Below, piece after piece: positions 8,195 through 19,602 of a stretch of 64,000 nucleotides of DNA. Within the stretch, counting starts at the first letter, position 1. Each line of letters opens with the position of its first letter. This DNA comes from Sumerlaeia bacterium. Lineage in GTDB: Bacteria; Sumerlaeota; Sumerlaeia; SLMS01; JAHLLQ01. The notes under the pieces were generated by a model that saw only the letters and a program-made list of their open reading frames with translations, was not told the DNA's origin and made no database searches. The stretch spans positions 1 to 64,000 of the forward strand of contig JAVJSW010000027.1 in the NCBI GenBank assembly GCA_040219255.1. The letters are read 5' to 3'. The translations under genes were made by a program, and so were the position numbers.

Positions 8195-9249
8195 CTCCCC
8201 TCATCCCCCAACCCGAGCCCCGGCAGCGCATTCAGCCCCAGCCCACTCCGTAGCCCCTCCCCCCCAAGCACCCCCCCCAGCCCCGCGATCATCGCTGCGT
8301 TGTCGGTGCAGAACTCGGACGCGGGGATGGCGATTTGGACCTTCGGAAAGCGCCGTGCCGCTTCCGCCCTCAACCCCCGGTTGCAGGCCACGCCGCCCGT
8401 GATGGCCAGACGCCCCACGCGCGTTTCCTCCAGCGCGCGCGCCGCTTTCCGCAGGAGCACGTCCACGCACGCCGCCTGGAACGACGCCGCCAGATCGGCC
8501 AGAAACCGGGGCGCCAACTCGCGCGCGCCCGACTCCGCGCGGTGCTTCTCGACGGTTCGCGCCACCGAGGTTTTCAGGCCGGAAAAGCTGAAGTTGTAAT
8601 CGCCGCTGTGCACCATCGGGCGCGGCAGGTCGAACGCCTGCGGGTGACCCTCCCCCGCCAGCCGATCCATCGCCGGGCCGCCCGGATAGCCCAGCCCCAG
8701 CAGCTTCGCCACCTTGTCGTAGGCCTCGCCCACGGCGTCGTCCAGGGTCTCGCCCAACACCAGGAAATCCATCGGTCCGCGCACGTGCACCAGGCTGCTG
8801 TGGCCACCGCTGACGACCAGCGCGACGTAGGGCGCGAAGGCCGCCCGCGCCTCCACCGGATCGCCCCAGGCGGTGGCCGTCCGCCCGATGTTGACCGAGT
8901 CGATGTGGCCGGCGATGTGATGCACGGCGATCAGGGGCTTGCCGTGGCGCAGCGCCAGCGCCTTCGCGTACTCCGTCCCCACCAGGAGGCAGCCGCTCAG
9001 CCCCGGGCCGCGGGTCACGGCGATGGCGTCGATGTCGTCCATCGTGACGCCCGCTTCCTGTAACGCCGCGCGGTGCATGGCCACGACGGCCTCCAGGTGG
9101 GCGCGGCTGGCGATTTCCGGCACCACGCCGCCGTATCGCGCGTGCAGGTCGATCTGGCTCGCGATGGCGTTCGAGAGCACGCGCACGCCGTTCTCGACCA
9201 CCGCAAAGGCCGTTTCGTCACAGGAGGATTCGATGCCGAGCACGCGCAT
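8182..9249 (-). CDS. tsaD: tRNA N6-adenosine threonylcarbamoyltransferase
   Basis: VLGIESSCDET, GGVVPEIASRAH, HHIAGH, LVVSGGH, TLDDAVGEAYDK and CTDNAAMIA. Confidence 0.97.
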   Translation of the reverse strand: MRVLGIESSCDETAFAVVENGVRVLSNAIASQIDLHARYGGVVPEIASRAHLEAVVAMHRAALQEAGVTMDDIDAIAVTRGPGLSGCLLVGTEYAKALALRHGKPLIAVHHIAGHIDSVNIGRTATAWGDPVEARAAFAPYVALVVSGGHSSLVHVRGPMDFLVLGETLDDAVGEAYDKVAKLLGLGYPGGPAMDRLAGEGHPQAFDLPRPMVHSGDYNFSFSGLKTSVARTVEKHRAESGARELAPRFLADLAASFQAACVDVLLRKAARALEETRVGRLAITGGVACNRGLRAEAARRFPKVQIAIPASEFCTDNAAMIAGLGGVLGGEGLRSGLGLNALPGLGLGDEGRWQE

Positions 9250-9260
9250 AGGGGGTTGAG

Positions 9261-9770
9261 CTACTTGTCCTTAAGGTACGTCCGCGAGGCCCGGTTGCCC
9301 AGCCGCGCAGCGGTTTTCTCTCCCAGCTCGGCGCCCAGCAGCGCCAGCACAAAGGCCACGCCCCCACCGATCAGGATGCGCGGGATCGAGAACTTGAAGA
9401 AAATACTCGGCGTAAACAGCGCGTAGAAAAACGTCACCAGGACCGCCAGGAACGCCCCCGCCGCGGGCTCGGCCACGCGCACCCGGGGCGAAATCAGCCC
9501 GATCACGTACCCGCCACAGAAAAAACTCGCCAGGATAAAGAGCGACTCCAGCCGCAGGCGGAAGATCGACGCCGGCGCCACCATCTCGAGCAACCATCGG
9601 CTGCCACCCCAGAGCACCACCTCGAACGCCAGAATCACGAAAAAGCTGATAAGGACCCAAGGCTTCGAGAACCGCGCCCGGTCCTCTGGTGGCGTGCCGC
9701 CCTGCATCGCCCGCACCTCGGCGAGGACGTCATTCCGGGATCGCTCGGGCGGGAGGTCGGGATCGGACAT
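9261..9770 (-). CDS. Hypothetical four-TM membrane protein
   Basis: Four hydrophobic segments; ends 12 nt upstream of the tsaD start; host-like codon usage. Confidence 0.7.
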   Translation of the reverse strand: MSDPDLPPERSRNDVLAEVRAMQGGTPPEDRARFSKPWVLISFFVILAFEVVLWGGSRWLLEMVAPASIFRLRLESLFILASFFCGGYVIGLISPRVRVAEPAAGAFLAVLVTFFYALFTPSIFFKFSIPRILIGGGVAFVLALLGAELGEKTAARLGNRASRTYLKDK

Positions 9771-9807
9771 GGCGGGAACAGCCTGTACCCGCCCATCGCC
9801 CCTAGGC

Positions 9808-9854
9808 AAAACAAATCCGGCCCCGGGAGCGTGGTGGGATGCTCCGGGGCCGGA
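9808..9854 (-). terminator. Rho-independent terminator downstream of the S51 peptidase gene
   Basis: TCCGGCCCCGG(G)AGC...GCTCCGGGGCCGGA stem followed by TTTGTTTT on the minus strand. Confidence 0.7.
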
Positions 9855-9900
9855 CTTATGGTGGGAGGTTTTGCTTAGCCTAAGCTAGGCCGCGCACCGC

Positions 9901-10938
9901 TCAGTACGGATTGCTGGGCGTGTAGGGGGCGCTCGGGTAACGTCCGTCCACATCCACGCGGTACGCCGCGCGGCTCGACGTGTTGTTGCCAAAGTTGAAG
10001 GACCCGCCCGCGGGCACATCGTGGCACAGCACGTCCTCGTACCGCAGCGGCTGGCCCGATCGCACCTGGCGGCGATAGGTCGCGCCGTCCTCGCGCAGCA
10101 CGTACACATACCCGTCGCCATCCACGCGGCCGACGCGGTTGCGGTCGATGGTCATGGCCGTGTCTTCGTCCACGCAGACCGCGGTGATTTTCGCGGTGCG
10201 GCCGTCCTGGCGCAGCCGCGCCATAAACGCCATGCTGCGGCCCATGCGGTCGCGTTCATAGAAGTGGGTGTCCGTGATGATGTCGTTCGTCAGGCCGGGC
10301 GCCACGAAGCCATTGCTGATAATCATGCTGCTGCGGTACGGATTCGACACCGCTTCGCTGGTGGTGACTCCCGGCACGCCGTCCGGGTCGTAGATGAATT
10401 CGCCCATCACGGCACAGCCCGCCGAAATACCGCCGATGGCCGCGCCCCGGTTATAGGCCGCCCGGATCGCCGACTCGACCTTCGTGTCTTTCCAATAATT
10501 CAGGTACTCCGCCTGATCGCCGCCGGCGATGTAGATGAACTCCGCGGTCCGCAGAACCCAATCCACATAGCTGCTGTTGGCTTTCGTGCGGCTGTTCACC
10601 ACGATGGTCTCGACGGAATCGGGGCGGCGGTTGTTGCTGCCGGTGATGTTGTACAGGTAGCTCTGGTAGCCGCTGCTGTTGTCGGTGCGCAGCACCACCA
10701 CGTCGCCGCCGTTCAGCACCGGCCAGACGCGGTTTTCGAAGGCTTCGTCGATGTCGAAGTTTCCGCCCTGGAGGCAGATCACCGGGCCATTGGATGGACC
10801 CCGGCTGGAATCGTTGGCGTTGCCAGTGATATAGGACACCAGGCCACTGGGTTTGGCGGGGCGCTGAGCCAGCGAAACCGCCGGGGCGGCCGCCATCATC
10901 AGCACGGCAAGGAAAAGAGTGAGCGAGCGAAGTTTCAT
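9901..10938 (-). CDS. Secreted cyanophycinase-like peptidase (family S51)
   Basis: Signal peptide MKLRSLTLFLAVLMMAAAPAVSLA; IAGGDQ, GGISAG nucleophile motif, DTHFYERDRMGR and VDEDTA. Confidence 0.85.
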   Translation of the reverse strand: MKLRSLTLFLAVLMMAAAPAVSLAQRPAKPSGLVSYITGNANDSSRGPSNGPVICLQGGNFDIDEAFENRVWPVLNGGDVVVLRTDNSSGYQSYLYNITGSNNRRPDSVETIVVNSRTKANSSYVDWVLRTAEFIYIAGGDQAEYLNYWKDTKVESAIRAAYNRGAAIGGISAGCAVMGEFIYDPDGVPGVTTSEAVSNPYRSSMIISNGFVAPGLTNDIITDTHFYERDRMGRSMAFMARLRQDGRTAKITAVCVDEDTAMTIDRNRVGRVDGDGYVYVLREDGATYRRQVRSGQPLRYEDVLCHDVPAGGSFNFGNNTSSRAAYRVDVDGRYPSAPYTPSNPY

Positions 10939-11535
10939 GAGTGGGTTTTCTCCGGACATGAAGGGGGTGGGATGAAGAGGTGTTGGTTGGTGGGAACCAA
11001 TGGCGGAGAAAAACCACTGAATTTTTGAAAAATCCATTAGGATCGCTTGGCGGAAACAAAAAGTTTCTCGGATCCCTCCCCTTTCCCCTTCGCTCAAACG
11101 CTTGATTGCTAAGCTTTTTTAGGTTTTGGAGGGCGAAAATCCTCTCCTTCCGGACAAGGCACACGGAAACCTCAAAAATCCCTCACCGTTTTGGAGCGGA
11201 CTATTTTCCCGTTTAGGACAAAACTGGACCGCCGAAAGGCACGAGAAAACAAAACGCGGATGGTTTGGGTCCGAAAGTTCGCTTTGAAGCCAGAACCCCC
11301 GCCACCCCATCCGCGTCCCTCTCGCGTCCATCCGCGGTTCCCAATTCCTCCCCCTCCGCCACCCGCGCGCCACACCGTCAAAACCCACGGGTTTAACCGC
11401 CGTTTGTCACGCGCCAGCCAACCGCCCCTGCCTTACCATACGCGCAATTCCCCACCCCGAAAGGCGCCCCTTCCCATGGCGAACCATCACCAACCCTCAC
11501 AGCACGTAGAACGCGGCACGCACCACGCCCCCACC

Positions 11536-12630
<1,095 letters not shown>

Positions 12631-12873
12631 GGGGCGGTTGGTCCTTCCCGGGGTTCTGGGATGGGGGGAAGCTCAAAGTGTGCCGAAAACACCCATCCAC
12701 AGCAGGATGTTAGCTTTGCCAAGCCCCCCGACCGGGCGGCAAGGAGAACCCACGCCCCGGTCCCTTCGCGCGCCTCTTGCAGCCCGCGTTTCTTCTTTGT
12801 CGGAATCGAGAAACTGACCGTTGATTGTACCATCCTTGCTCGGTTGCGAATCGTCACAGGAGCGGGATTTCCA

Positions 12874-13416
12874 TCAACCCTTCTTGATCGCTTGGCGGAT
12901 CAGGCTCAGAGCCCCCGAATCGTCCCAGTCCTTGAAGCCCTCGTGGCGGAACAGCAGGCGCCCTTCGCGCGAGATGATGAAGGTCGTCGGCAAATTCTCG
13001 ATCGCCAGCGATTGCGGCGGCGAATCGTCCGTCGTGTAGAGCGGCAGTGTGAGGCCCTGCTGCTGGGCGAAGCGGCGTACTTCGCCCGGGTCCTCGGCGG
13101 AAATGCACAGGAAGTTCATCTGCTCGCCGAACCGTTCGTGCAGGTTCTGAATCTTCGGCATTTCCCTCAGGCATGGCGGGCACCACGTGGCCCAGACCGT
13201 CACGAAGGATACCTTGTCGGAACGCAGCGCCAGATTCTCCGCTTCGCCCAGCAGCGACACCAGGTTCCAGTCCAGTTTGTCGAGCGTGGGCCCTTCGAGG
13301 TCGAGGCGCTCGCTCGGGCAATCCCACAGGCAGACCGCCAGGGCGCCAGAGATGACGAAGAGGCTCGCCAAGGCGATGAGAAGCGTCGTCCGGGGGGTGG
13401 TCCAGTGCGGCCGCAT
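12874..13416 (-). CDS. TlpA/ResA-family thiol-disulfide oxidoreductase
   Basis: N-terminal TM anchor, WATWCPPCLREMP and LPTTFII. Confidence 0.9.
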   Translation of the reverse strand: MRPHWTTPRTTLLIALASLFVISGALAVCLWDCPSERLDLEGPTLDKLDWNLVSLLGEAENLALRSDKVSFVTVWATWCPPCLREMPKIQNLHERFGEQMNFLCISAEDPGEVRRFAQQQGLTLPLYTTDDSPPQSLAIENLPTTFIISREGRLLFRHEGFKDWDDSGALSLIRQAIKKG

Positions 13417-13517
13417 GAGAGAAATCCTCCGCGATAGCCAGATTACCTGAGCGAAATCGCGGAAAACTTAGACAAACACCCCCCCGCAACGCGAGGGGAA
13501 TTGTTAGACTCTCGAAT

Positions 13518-14078
13518 CTATTGGGCCGCTTCCGGTAATTTTGCCAGCGCCGCCCGGAACTCTCCGTCGTCCCAGGACATCGCGCCCTCGCGCCGGTACA
13601 CGACTTCGCTCTCCGGCGAAATCACCAGCGTCGTCGGGAAGTACCGCGTCGTCAGCGCTTCGTCCCCAGGCAGAGAGGCCAGCACGGAAAACGGCAGATC
13701 GTAGCCCTTGTCCTCGGCGAACCGCCGCACCGCGCCGGGGGAATCGTTCACCGCCACCAGGAGCAGTTCGCCGTCGAAGGCGCCTTCGTTCGCAAAGGCC
13801 TGGATTTCCGGCATTTCCGCCCGGCACGGCGGGCACCAGGTTCCCCAGTAATGCAGAATCACCGGCTTGCCCGCCGCCAATTCGGCGACCGACCGCACTT
13901 CGCCGTCGAGCGTCGCGATGTCGAAATCCAGATCGACCCGTTGCGGCTCGGCGATGGGTCCCTGATGGGCGCCTCCGCCACTCGACAGGAACAACAGCCA
14001 AGCCCCCGCCAGGACGAAAACCGCCGCCACGAGGGCCGCCTCCTTCTTCGATCTTGTCACGCGTTGCAACCAACCCAT
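13518..14078 (-). CDS. TlpA/ResA-family thiol-disulfide oxidoreductase
   Basis: N-terminal TM anchor, WGTWCPPCRAEMP and FPTTLVI; tandem paralog of the previous gene. Confidence 0.9.
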   Translation of the reverse strand: MGWLQRVTRSKKEAALVAAVFVLAGAWLLFLSSGGGAHQGPIAEPQRVDLDFDIATLDGEVRSVAELAAGKPVILHYWGTWCPPCRAEMPEIQAFANEGAFDGELLLVAVNDSPGAVRRFAEDKGYDLPFSVLASLPGDEALTTRYFPTTLVISPESEVVYRREGAMSWDDGEFRAALAKLPEAAQ

Positions 14079-14121
14079 GGGCTCAATCCGCCTGTTCTCT
14101 GGAATTCGCCCCGCGGGGCGA

Positions 14122-15441
14122 TCAGAGCATCGGGGCGTTGGCGGCCGGTGCGGACAGGATGGCGGAAGCCAAAGCCCCCAGCGCCACCGGGCGCTCGTCC
14201 TTGGCCACCAAATCCTTCAGCACCGCTTCGCCGCGCTGCCCCTCGTCTCCGCCCACCAGAACGGCAAATCGCGCGCCAGAGTTGTTGGCCGCCTTGAGCT
14301 GCTTGTTCAGCTTGCGGGTCTGATAGCTGAATTCCGCCCGCACGCCCGCGGACCGCAGATTTTGCAGGACTTGGAACGCCGTCATCTTGTCTTCGTCGCC
14401 GAAATAGCAGACAAAGGCCGTCGGCTTTGGCTCCTCGCCGGGCGTGATATTCTGGCTTTCCAGCGCCAAAAGGAGCCGCTCGACCCCGCAGCCGAAACCG
14501 ACCGCCGGCGTGTGCGGGCCGCCGATTTGCTCGACCAGCCCATCGTAGCGCCCCCCGCCGCCGATCACCTTGATCGCGCCGTCCAGCGTCGGGCAGATCA
14601 TCTCGAACGCCGTCCGCGTGTAGTAATCCAGCCCGCGCACCAGCCGCGTATTGATCCGGTACGGAATATCGAGCGCCGTCAGCGCCGCCTTCAGCCCCTC
14701 GAAGTGCTCGGCGCTCTCCGGGTCCAAGTGGTCGATCATCACCGGCGCGTTGTCGGCGATGTCCTGGTCCTCGGGCGCCTTGCTGTCCAACACCCGCATC
14801 GGGTTCAGGGACAGGCGCGTCTTCGAATCGGCCGAGAGGCTCGCCTCGTGCTGCATCAGGTACGCCACCAGCTTGTCGCGATAGGCCGGGCGGCAGACGT
14901 CTGTGCCCACGCTGTTGAGGTGGACTTCGATGCCGGAGAGGCCGAGCCGCTGGTAGAAGCCATAGAGCATGGCGATCACCTCGGCGTCGGCGGTCGGGTC
15001 GGACTCTTTGAAGAGTTCGGCGCCGAATTGCGTGTGCTGGCGATAGCGGCCCTTCTGGGGGCTTTCCGCGCGGAACATGGGGCAGATGTAGTAGAGCTTC
15101 GCCTGGCTCGCGGCCTGGGCCAGACCGTGCTGCAAGACCGCGCGGCAGACCGAGGCGGAACCCTCCGGCCGCAGCGAGAGCGAGGGCCCGTCGTCGGCGC
15201 GCTGGAAGGTGTACATTTCCTTGCTGACCACATCGCTGGTTTCGCCGGCGGTGCGCTTGAACAGCTCGGTGGGCTCCAACGCCGGGGTTTCGATGTAGCC
15301 GTAGCCGTGGACCTCGGCCCACTCCGAGTAGGCGCGGCGCAGGGCCAGCCAATGCTCGGCGCGGTCGATGAAGGCTTTCGCCCCAACGGGCAGAATGTCG
15401 TGCATGCCCTTCACGGCCTGGAGGGGAGAGGGTTTGGCCAC
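14122..15441 (-). CDS. hisS: Histidine--tRNA ligase
   Basis: KGMHDILP, LRPEGSA, FRAESPQKGRYRQ, LVRGLDYYT, GGGRYDGL and GVERL; GTG start with GGAGG RBS. Confidence 0.97.
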   Translation of the reverse strand: MAKPSPLQAVKGMHDILPVGAKAFIDRAEHWLALRRAYSEWAEVHGYGYIETPALEPTELFKRTAGETSDVVSKEMYTFQRADDGPSLSLRPEGSASVCRAVLQHGLAQAASQAKLYYICPMFRAESPQKGRYRQHTQFGAELFKESDPTADAEVIAMLYGFYQRLGLSGIEVHLNSVGTDVCRPAYRDKLVAYLMQHEASLSADSKTRLSLNPMRVLDSKAPEDQDIADNAPVMIDHLDPESAEHFEGLKAALTALDIPYRINTRLVRGLDYYTRTAFEMICPTLDGAIKVIGGGGRYDGLVEQIGGPHTPAVGFGCGVERLLLALESQNITPGEEPKPTAFVCYFGDEDKMTAFQVLQNLRSAGVRAEFSYQTRKLNKQLKAANNSGARFAVLVGGDEGQRGEAVLKDLVAKDERPVALGALASAILSAPAANAPML

Positions 15442-15624
15442 GGTGTCGAAGACCTCCGGAAAACGGGAACTGCCCACCGGCGAGCGGCGGGCGGGCATTG
15501 AGGCCCAGGGGCCGGGGGTTGTCAACGGGCGGGTTAAAGGAAGGCGGGGCCTCCAGAAGTTGGAAGCCCCGCCAAGGTGTTCAGGAATTGTCAACGCGGC
15601 CGGGGGGGGCCGGTTGGGCAATCC

Positions 15625-17451
15625 TTAGTCGAGGACCGACCAATCGGAGACGGTCGTGAAGTCGGAGATATTCGCGTCCCAGATGGCCACGTAGCCCTGG
15701 GTATTGTTCAGACCCGCGTGGGTCACCCAAACGCGGTTGCCATTGAAGAACACGCCGCCGGAGGCATTGGTGGCGCCGGAGGTAGCGGTTTCTTCATCGT
15801 ACTCGTAAGTACCGGCGAAAGCCGCACCCGCATCGGGTCCAGCGGTCGCACCGGGGCCGATCGCGGTGGTGCCATCGGTACCACTGTAAGCGACGAAGCG
15901 GGCCTGGCGCGCGTAGCCACCACCAGAGATCGCGGCGTCGTACAGACCATTGTAAACGAAGTCACCGTGGAAGTTGCTCAGAGCCGGGCCGAAGCCCGCG
16001 TCAAGCGTGTAACCGGTCTGAGGAGTACCGACGTAACGGAAGACGTTCTCACCGATGTTCTGGGCGTAGAGTACCGTGCCGGACTCGTTGCTGCCAATAC
16101 CTTCAAGGTCGGAAGCGGCCGCGGTCGCAAGGGTAGCCTGAAGGGTGTAGGTGGTCACTTCGTCGGGGGAGTTGCGGAAGATGGAGATGTTCGTGCCCTT
16201 GGCGATGAACAGGGTGGCCTGACCAGCCGAGTGATCACCGATGGCGCGGAAGGCGCGGGTGGAACCAAGCACGGCGTGGTCGCCAGGTGCAATAATGATC
16301 GGAGAGGCCGAAGCATCGGCCACCGAGTCGTTGGCGATCATCTTGACAGAGCCGCTAAAGCCACTTGTGAAGATGGTGCCGTCCTGCGTTGCGTCAACCT
16401 TGTAGGGATCAACGGTGCCGTCAGGGGTGTTGACGTTTGTGATCAGGCTGGTGGTCAGCGTATCGGGGCTCATGACGAGGATGACGTTGGCGTCTTCGTC
16501 AGAGATCAGGGAGTTGCTGGTGGCCGGGTTGAACGCGATACCACGGAGGTCGCCATTGGTCAGACCCTGCTCATCCACGGAGAAGGCACTGACGAAGGTG
16601 AATCCGGTCAGGTTCGCGGGCTTGGAAACAAGCTGGTAGCGAAGCGGGGTGATGTCCGGGCCGGCGACGCTGCCGTCGTAGTTCACGCCGGGAGTGCCGA
16701 AGTTACCAGCGCCGTCGGAAGCGAAGTCGCTGGTCTGGCCGACGGACGGAGGCAGGGTCTGGTTCGAAACATAGCGGCTGTTGGGATCGCCCACGCCCTT
16801 GCCCTGAAGGACCGCGAACAGCTCGATGATGTCGCCAGGGCCAGCAGCCAGGTCAGACAGCGGAATCACGAGTTCAACGCCCTTGTCGGCCTCGAGGGCC
16901 AAGCTGGGGGTGGTCGAACCGGTGTTGTCGATCGCGACGGAGTAACCGTTAGACAGGGTGCCCGAAGGAGTCACGTTGCCCAAGTAGGCCCCGGCGTTGT
17001 CCGCGGTAACAGTCCAGCGGCCGACGTCGAGGGTTTCGGAGTCGCGCTCGCCGATGTCGACGACGAGGTCGACGGTGAATCCCTGAGGCAGGGCGCCGCC
17101 GCCAGCGCTGGCGAGGCTGTCGAATTCGCCGTAGCCACCCGCCGTGTTCGGCTCGAGGCTGGTGTTACCACCGGCCTGCGAGTCGATGAAAACGGTGATC
17201 GCGTTGTTGTCCAGGTTGCCAGTGAAGCCCAGGTACAGGTTGGTGTCATCATTGGCGGCCCAGAGTCCGATGAGCTGGTTGGTTGCGCCGAAGCTGGCGG
17301 CTTCCGTCTGAAGCGAAACCAGAGTGTACGTTGCGCTGGAGATCGCGTCACCGTCGGTGGTCGGCGCGTTCCAGGCGGCGTGGGATACACCCGCGGTGCC
17401 GAGAGCGAGGGCGCCGAGGGCCGCGAGTTTGAGAGAAGAACTTTTTTTCAT
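15625..17451 (-). CDS. Secreted Ser/Thr/Gly/Asp-rich surface protein with C-terminal VSDWSVLD tail
   Basis: Signal peptide MKKSSSLKLAALGALALGTAGVSHA, TAAGGAG RBS, beta-rich composition, DOMON-like segment (LWAANDDTNLYLGF). Function unknown. Confidence 0.75.
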   Translation of the reverse strand: MKKSSSLKLAALGALALGTAGVSHAAWNAPTTDGDAISSATYTLVSLQTEAASFGATNQLIGLWAANDDTNLYLGFTGNLDNNAITVFIDSQAGGNTSLEPNTAGGYGEFDSLASAGGGALPQGFTVDLVVDIGERDSETLDVGRWTVTADNAGAYLGNVTPSGTLSNGYSVAIDNTGSTTPSLALEADKGVELVIPLSDLAAGPGDIIELFAVLQGKGVGDPNSRYVSNQTLPPSVGQTSDFASDGAGNFGTPGVNYDGSVAGPDITPLRYQLVSKPANLTGFTFVSAFSVDEQGLTNGDLRGIAFNPATSNSLISDEDANVILVMSPDTLTTSLITNVNTPDGTVDPYKVDATQDGTIFTSGFSGSVKMIANDSVADASASPIIIAPGDHAVLGSTRAFRAIGDHSAGQATLFIAKGTNISIFRNSPDEVTTYTLQATLATAAASDLEGIGSNESGTVLYAQNIGENVFRYVGTPQTGYTLDAGFGPALSNFHGDFVYNGLYDAAISGGGYARQARFVAYSGTDGTTAIGPGATAGPDAGAAFAGTYEYDEETATSGATNASGGVFFNGNRVWVTHAGLNNTQGYVAIWDANISDFTTVSDWSVLD

Positions 17452-17783
17452 TCGTGCTCTCCTTAAAAAGGAAGGGGGTGATGTTGTCCGGAAAGGCGGG
17501 GGGGGCGGTGCGGTCCAATGGTCATCAAGCGCTTGAGCGGCGAACCGATGCAAAACGCACCGCGATTCCTTGGCCAGAGCCTGATTTCGCAGGAGGAAGG
17601 CGCACCTTTCCTTTCCCTACACTCGGGAAGGAAAGAGCTTTACCGGTCCCGTGTCAACGGATTCTTAACGTTGCAATAATTTGCATCTGATTGAATCGGT
17701 GTAAATGACACGTTATTTTCCGGCTTTTCGCCTCGATTTCTCCGATCCCGATAATCGGAGCTTTCGTGTCTTAGGCCCGTCCC

Positions 17784-18788
17784 TTAGAGCGTCAGGATCG
17801 CCCCGATCGAACTGTCGGGCATTTCCCGCAGGCGCTCGAACAAGGTCGGATAGCGCTCCAAAGGCAATCGGTCGCTGATCAAGGGGGAAACCTGCACCCG
17901 GCGGTCGGCCACCAAATCCAAAAAAACGGCCATATTGTCGCGCAGCGTCCAGCGCACCGCGTCCGGCGACGCGCCCTGGCGGCTGGCCAACCCTCCGCCC
18001 CTCGCGCCCCGCACCTCGAGCCGCTTGCGCGCCACGGCGGACATGTCGAGGGCCATGTCGCCCGCCGCCGAGTGGGACACCACCAGCCGGCCGCCCTCGC
18101 GCAGCAGTGCCGCCGCCAGCTCGCAATCCTCCGGCAGGGCGTCGCGCGTCAGCACCGCCGCGTCCGCCATCTGGCCGCCCGTCAGGCGCCTCACCTCGTC
18201 GCGCAGCGCCTCCGGGTCGCCCGCCGCCGTGTGCGGAATGCCCACGTTGCGGGCGCGGGTCAGGCGGTTCTCGCTCGGGTCCGTCACGATGGGCACCACG
18301 CCGGCGGCGCGCGCCACCTGGCCCAGCAGCAGGCCCACCATGCCGCCGCCGAAAATCAGCAGCACCTCGCCGAGGGACAATTGGGCCACCCGCAGGAAAT
18401 TGACCGCGATGGCACCCTGGCCGGCGTAGGCGCCTTCCTCGTGGTTGACTTTCTTGGGGATTTCCACGACGCGTTCGCTCGGCACCGACAAATAGGAGGC
18501 ATGGTAAACGAACGGATAGCCATAGGCGGCGACCCGCAGGCCCACCTTCAGGTCCGGGTGGGCGCGCTCGCCCGTTTCCTCGATCAGGCCGCTGACCATG
18601 GACCCGAGCGTCAGGCCGTCCTCGCCGCGCTGGAGCTGCTTTTCCACCGTGGCGATGAACTCCAGCTCCTCGGGCAGGGCCACAGCGGCATGGCTGGCGC
18701 GGATCAGGACGGTGCCCGCGCCGAGCTTGGGCGGGGGCAAGTCGACGATCTCGGGCCGTTTCGTGCGGCAGGCGATGACCACTTTCAT
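17784..18788 (-). CDS. MDR/zinc-binding dehydrogenase-like oxidoreductase
   Basis: GroES-like N-terminus (G...G.R...LKVG.RVAAYG), HASYLSVP and Rossmann motif IFGGGMVG; no obvious Zn-ligand cysteines. Confidence 0.75.
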   Translation of the reverse strand: MKVVIACRTKRPEIVDLPPPKLGAGTVLIRASHAAVALPEELEFIATVEKQLQRGEDGLTLGSMVSGLIEETGERAHPDLKVGLRVAAYGYPFVYHASYLSVPSERVVEIPKKVNHEEGAYAGQGAIAVNFLRVAQLSLGEVLLIFGGGMVGLLLGQVARAAGVVPIVTDPSENRLTRARNVGIPHTAAGDPEALRDEVRRLTGGQMADAAVLTRDALPEDCELAAALLREGGRLVVSHSAAGDMALDMSAVARKRLEVRGARGGGLASRQGASPDAVRWTLRDNMAVFLDLVADRRVQVSPLISDRLPLERYPTLFERLREMPDSSIGAILTL

Positions 18789-18956
18789 GGCGCGGGGGGT
18801 CACGGGTCCTTTCGGCGCCGCCGGTCCTGGCGGAAATGCTGAATAAACGCAATGACGCGCAGGCGCCAGGGCGCAAAGGTTCTTTTCGCGGGGCCGCCCG
18901 GCCGCCCCGCGGGCCAGACCTTTGGCACCACCCACACCGGAAAGGCAACGAACGCG

Positions 18957-19559
18957 ATGAACGTGGCGGAACGAAAAGCGGCCCTGAGGCTCGCCATGCG
19001 CGAACGCCGCCGCCAATTGACCCCCGAGGCGCGGTGCGACGCGGGCGAACGCCTCGCCCAGGTCCTCCTCGCCTGGCCGGTCCTCGGTCCCGTCGAGGTC
19101 CTCGGCGCGTTCCTGCCGATGGGTCTCGAGATCGACACGGGGCCGTTTTGCGAGCGCTGGCTCGCCCAGGGCCGGCGTCTCGCCCTTCCGCGGGTGGAGG
19201 ACGACGGCGCGGCGATGAGCTTCTTCGAAGTCCGCGACACCGGCCGCGACATCACCCTCGGCAAATTCCGCTGCCCCGAGCCCCGCGTTCCCGCCTGCGC
19301 GCCCGTGGACCCCGCCGAGCTGCCGGTGATTCTGCTGCCAGGCCTGGCCTTCGATCGCGAGGGCTGGCGCCTTGGCCAGGGCCAGGGTCACTACGACCGC
19401 ATGCTGGGGGCCTGGGCCGCCGCTGGTCTGGACCCGGTGCGGGTGGCCGTGGCCTACGATTTCCAGGTCGTCGCCGAAGTCCCCGCCGACCCCTCCTGGG
19501 ACCGCCCGGCGCACTGGATCGCCACGCCCGGCGGGGTGGCGCGGGCGGGCGGCGCTTGA
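18957..19559 (+). CDS. 5-formyltetrahydrofolate cyclo-ligase
   Basis: KAALRLAMRERR, EIDT, LALPRV and LPGLAFDREGWRLGQGQGHYDR. Confidence 0.92.
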   Translation: MNVAERKAALRLAMRERRRQLTPEARCDAGERLAQVLLAWPVLGPVEVLGAFLPMGLEIDTGPFCERWLAQGRRLALPRVEDDGAAMSFFEVRDTGRDITLGKFRCPEPRVPACAPVDPAELPVILLPGLAFDREGWRLGQGQGHYDRMLGAWAAAGLDPVRVAVAYDFQVVAEVPADPSWDRPAHWIATPGGVARAGGA

Positions 19560-19602
19560 CCTCTCTCCCGCAACCGCTGCCCGTCCATCTGGCGCCTATT
19601 CC

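Noticed and set aside
18789-18956. 6S RNA, often found upstream of 5-formyl-THF cyclo-ligase
   Set aside because: The short divergent spacer shows no convincing long rod with a central bubble by eye; an Infernal search would be needed.
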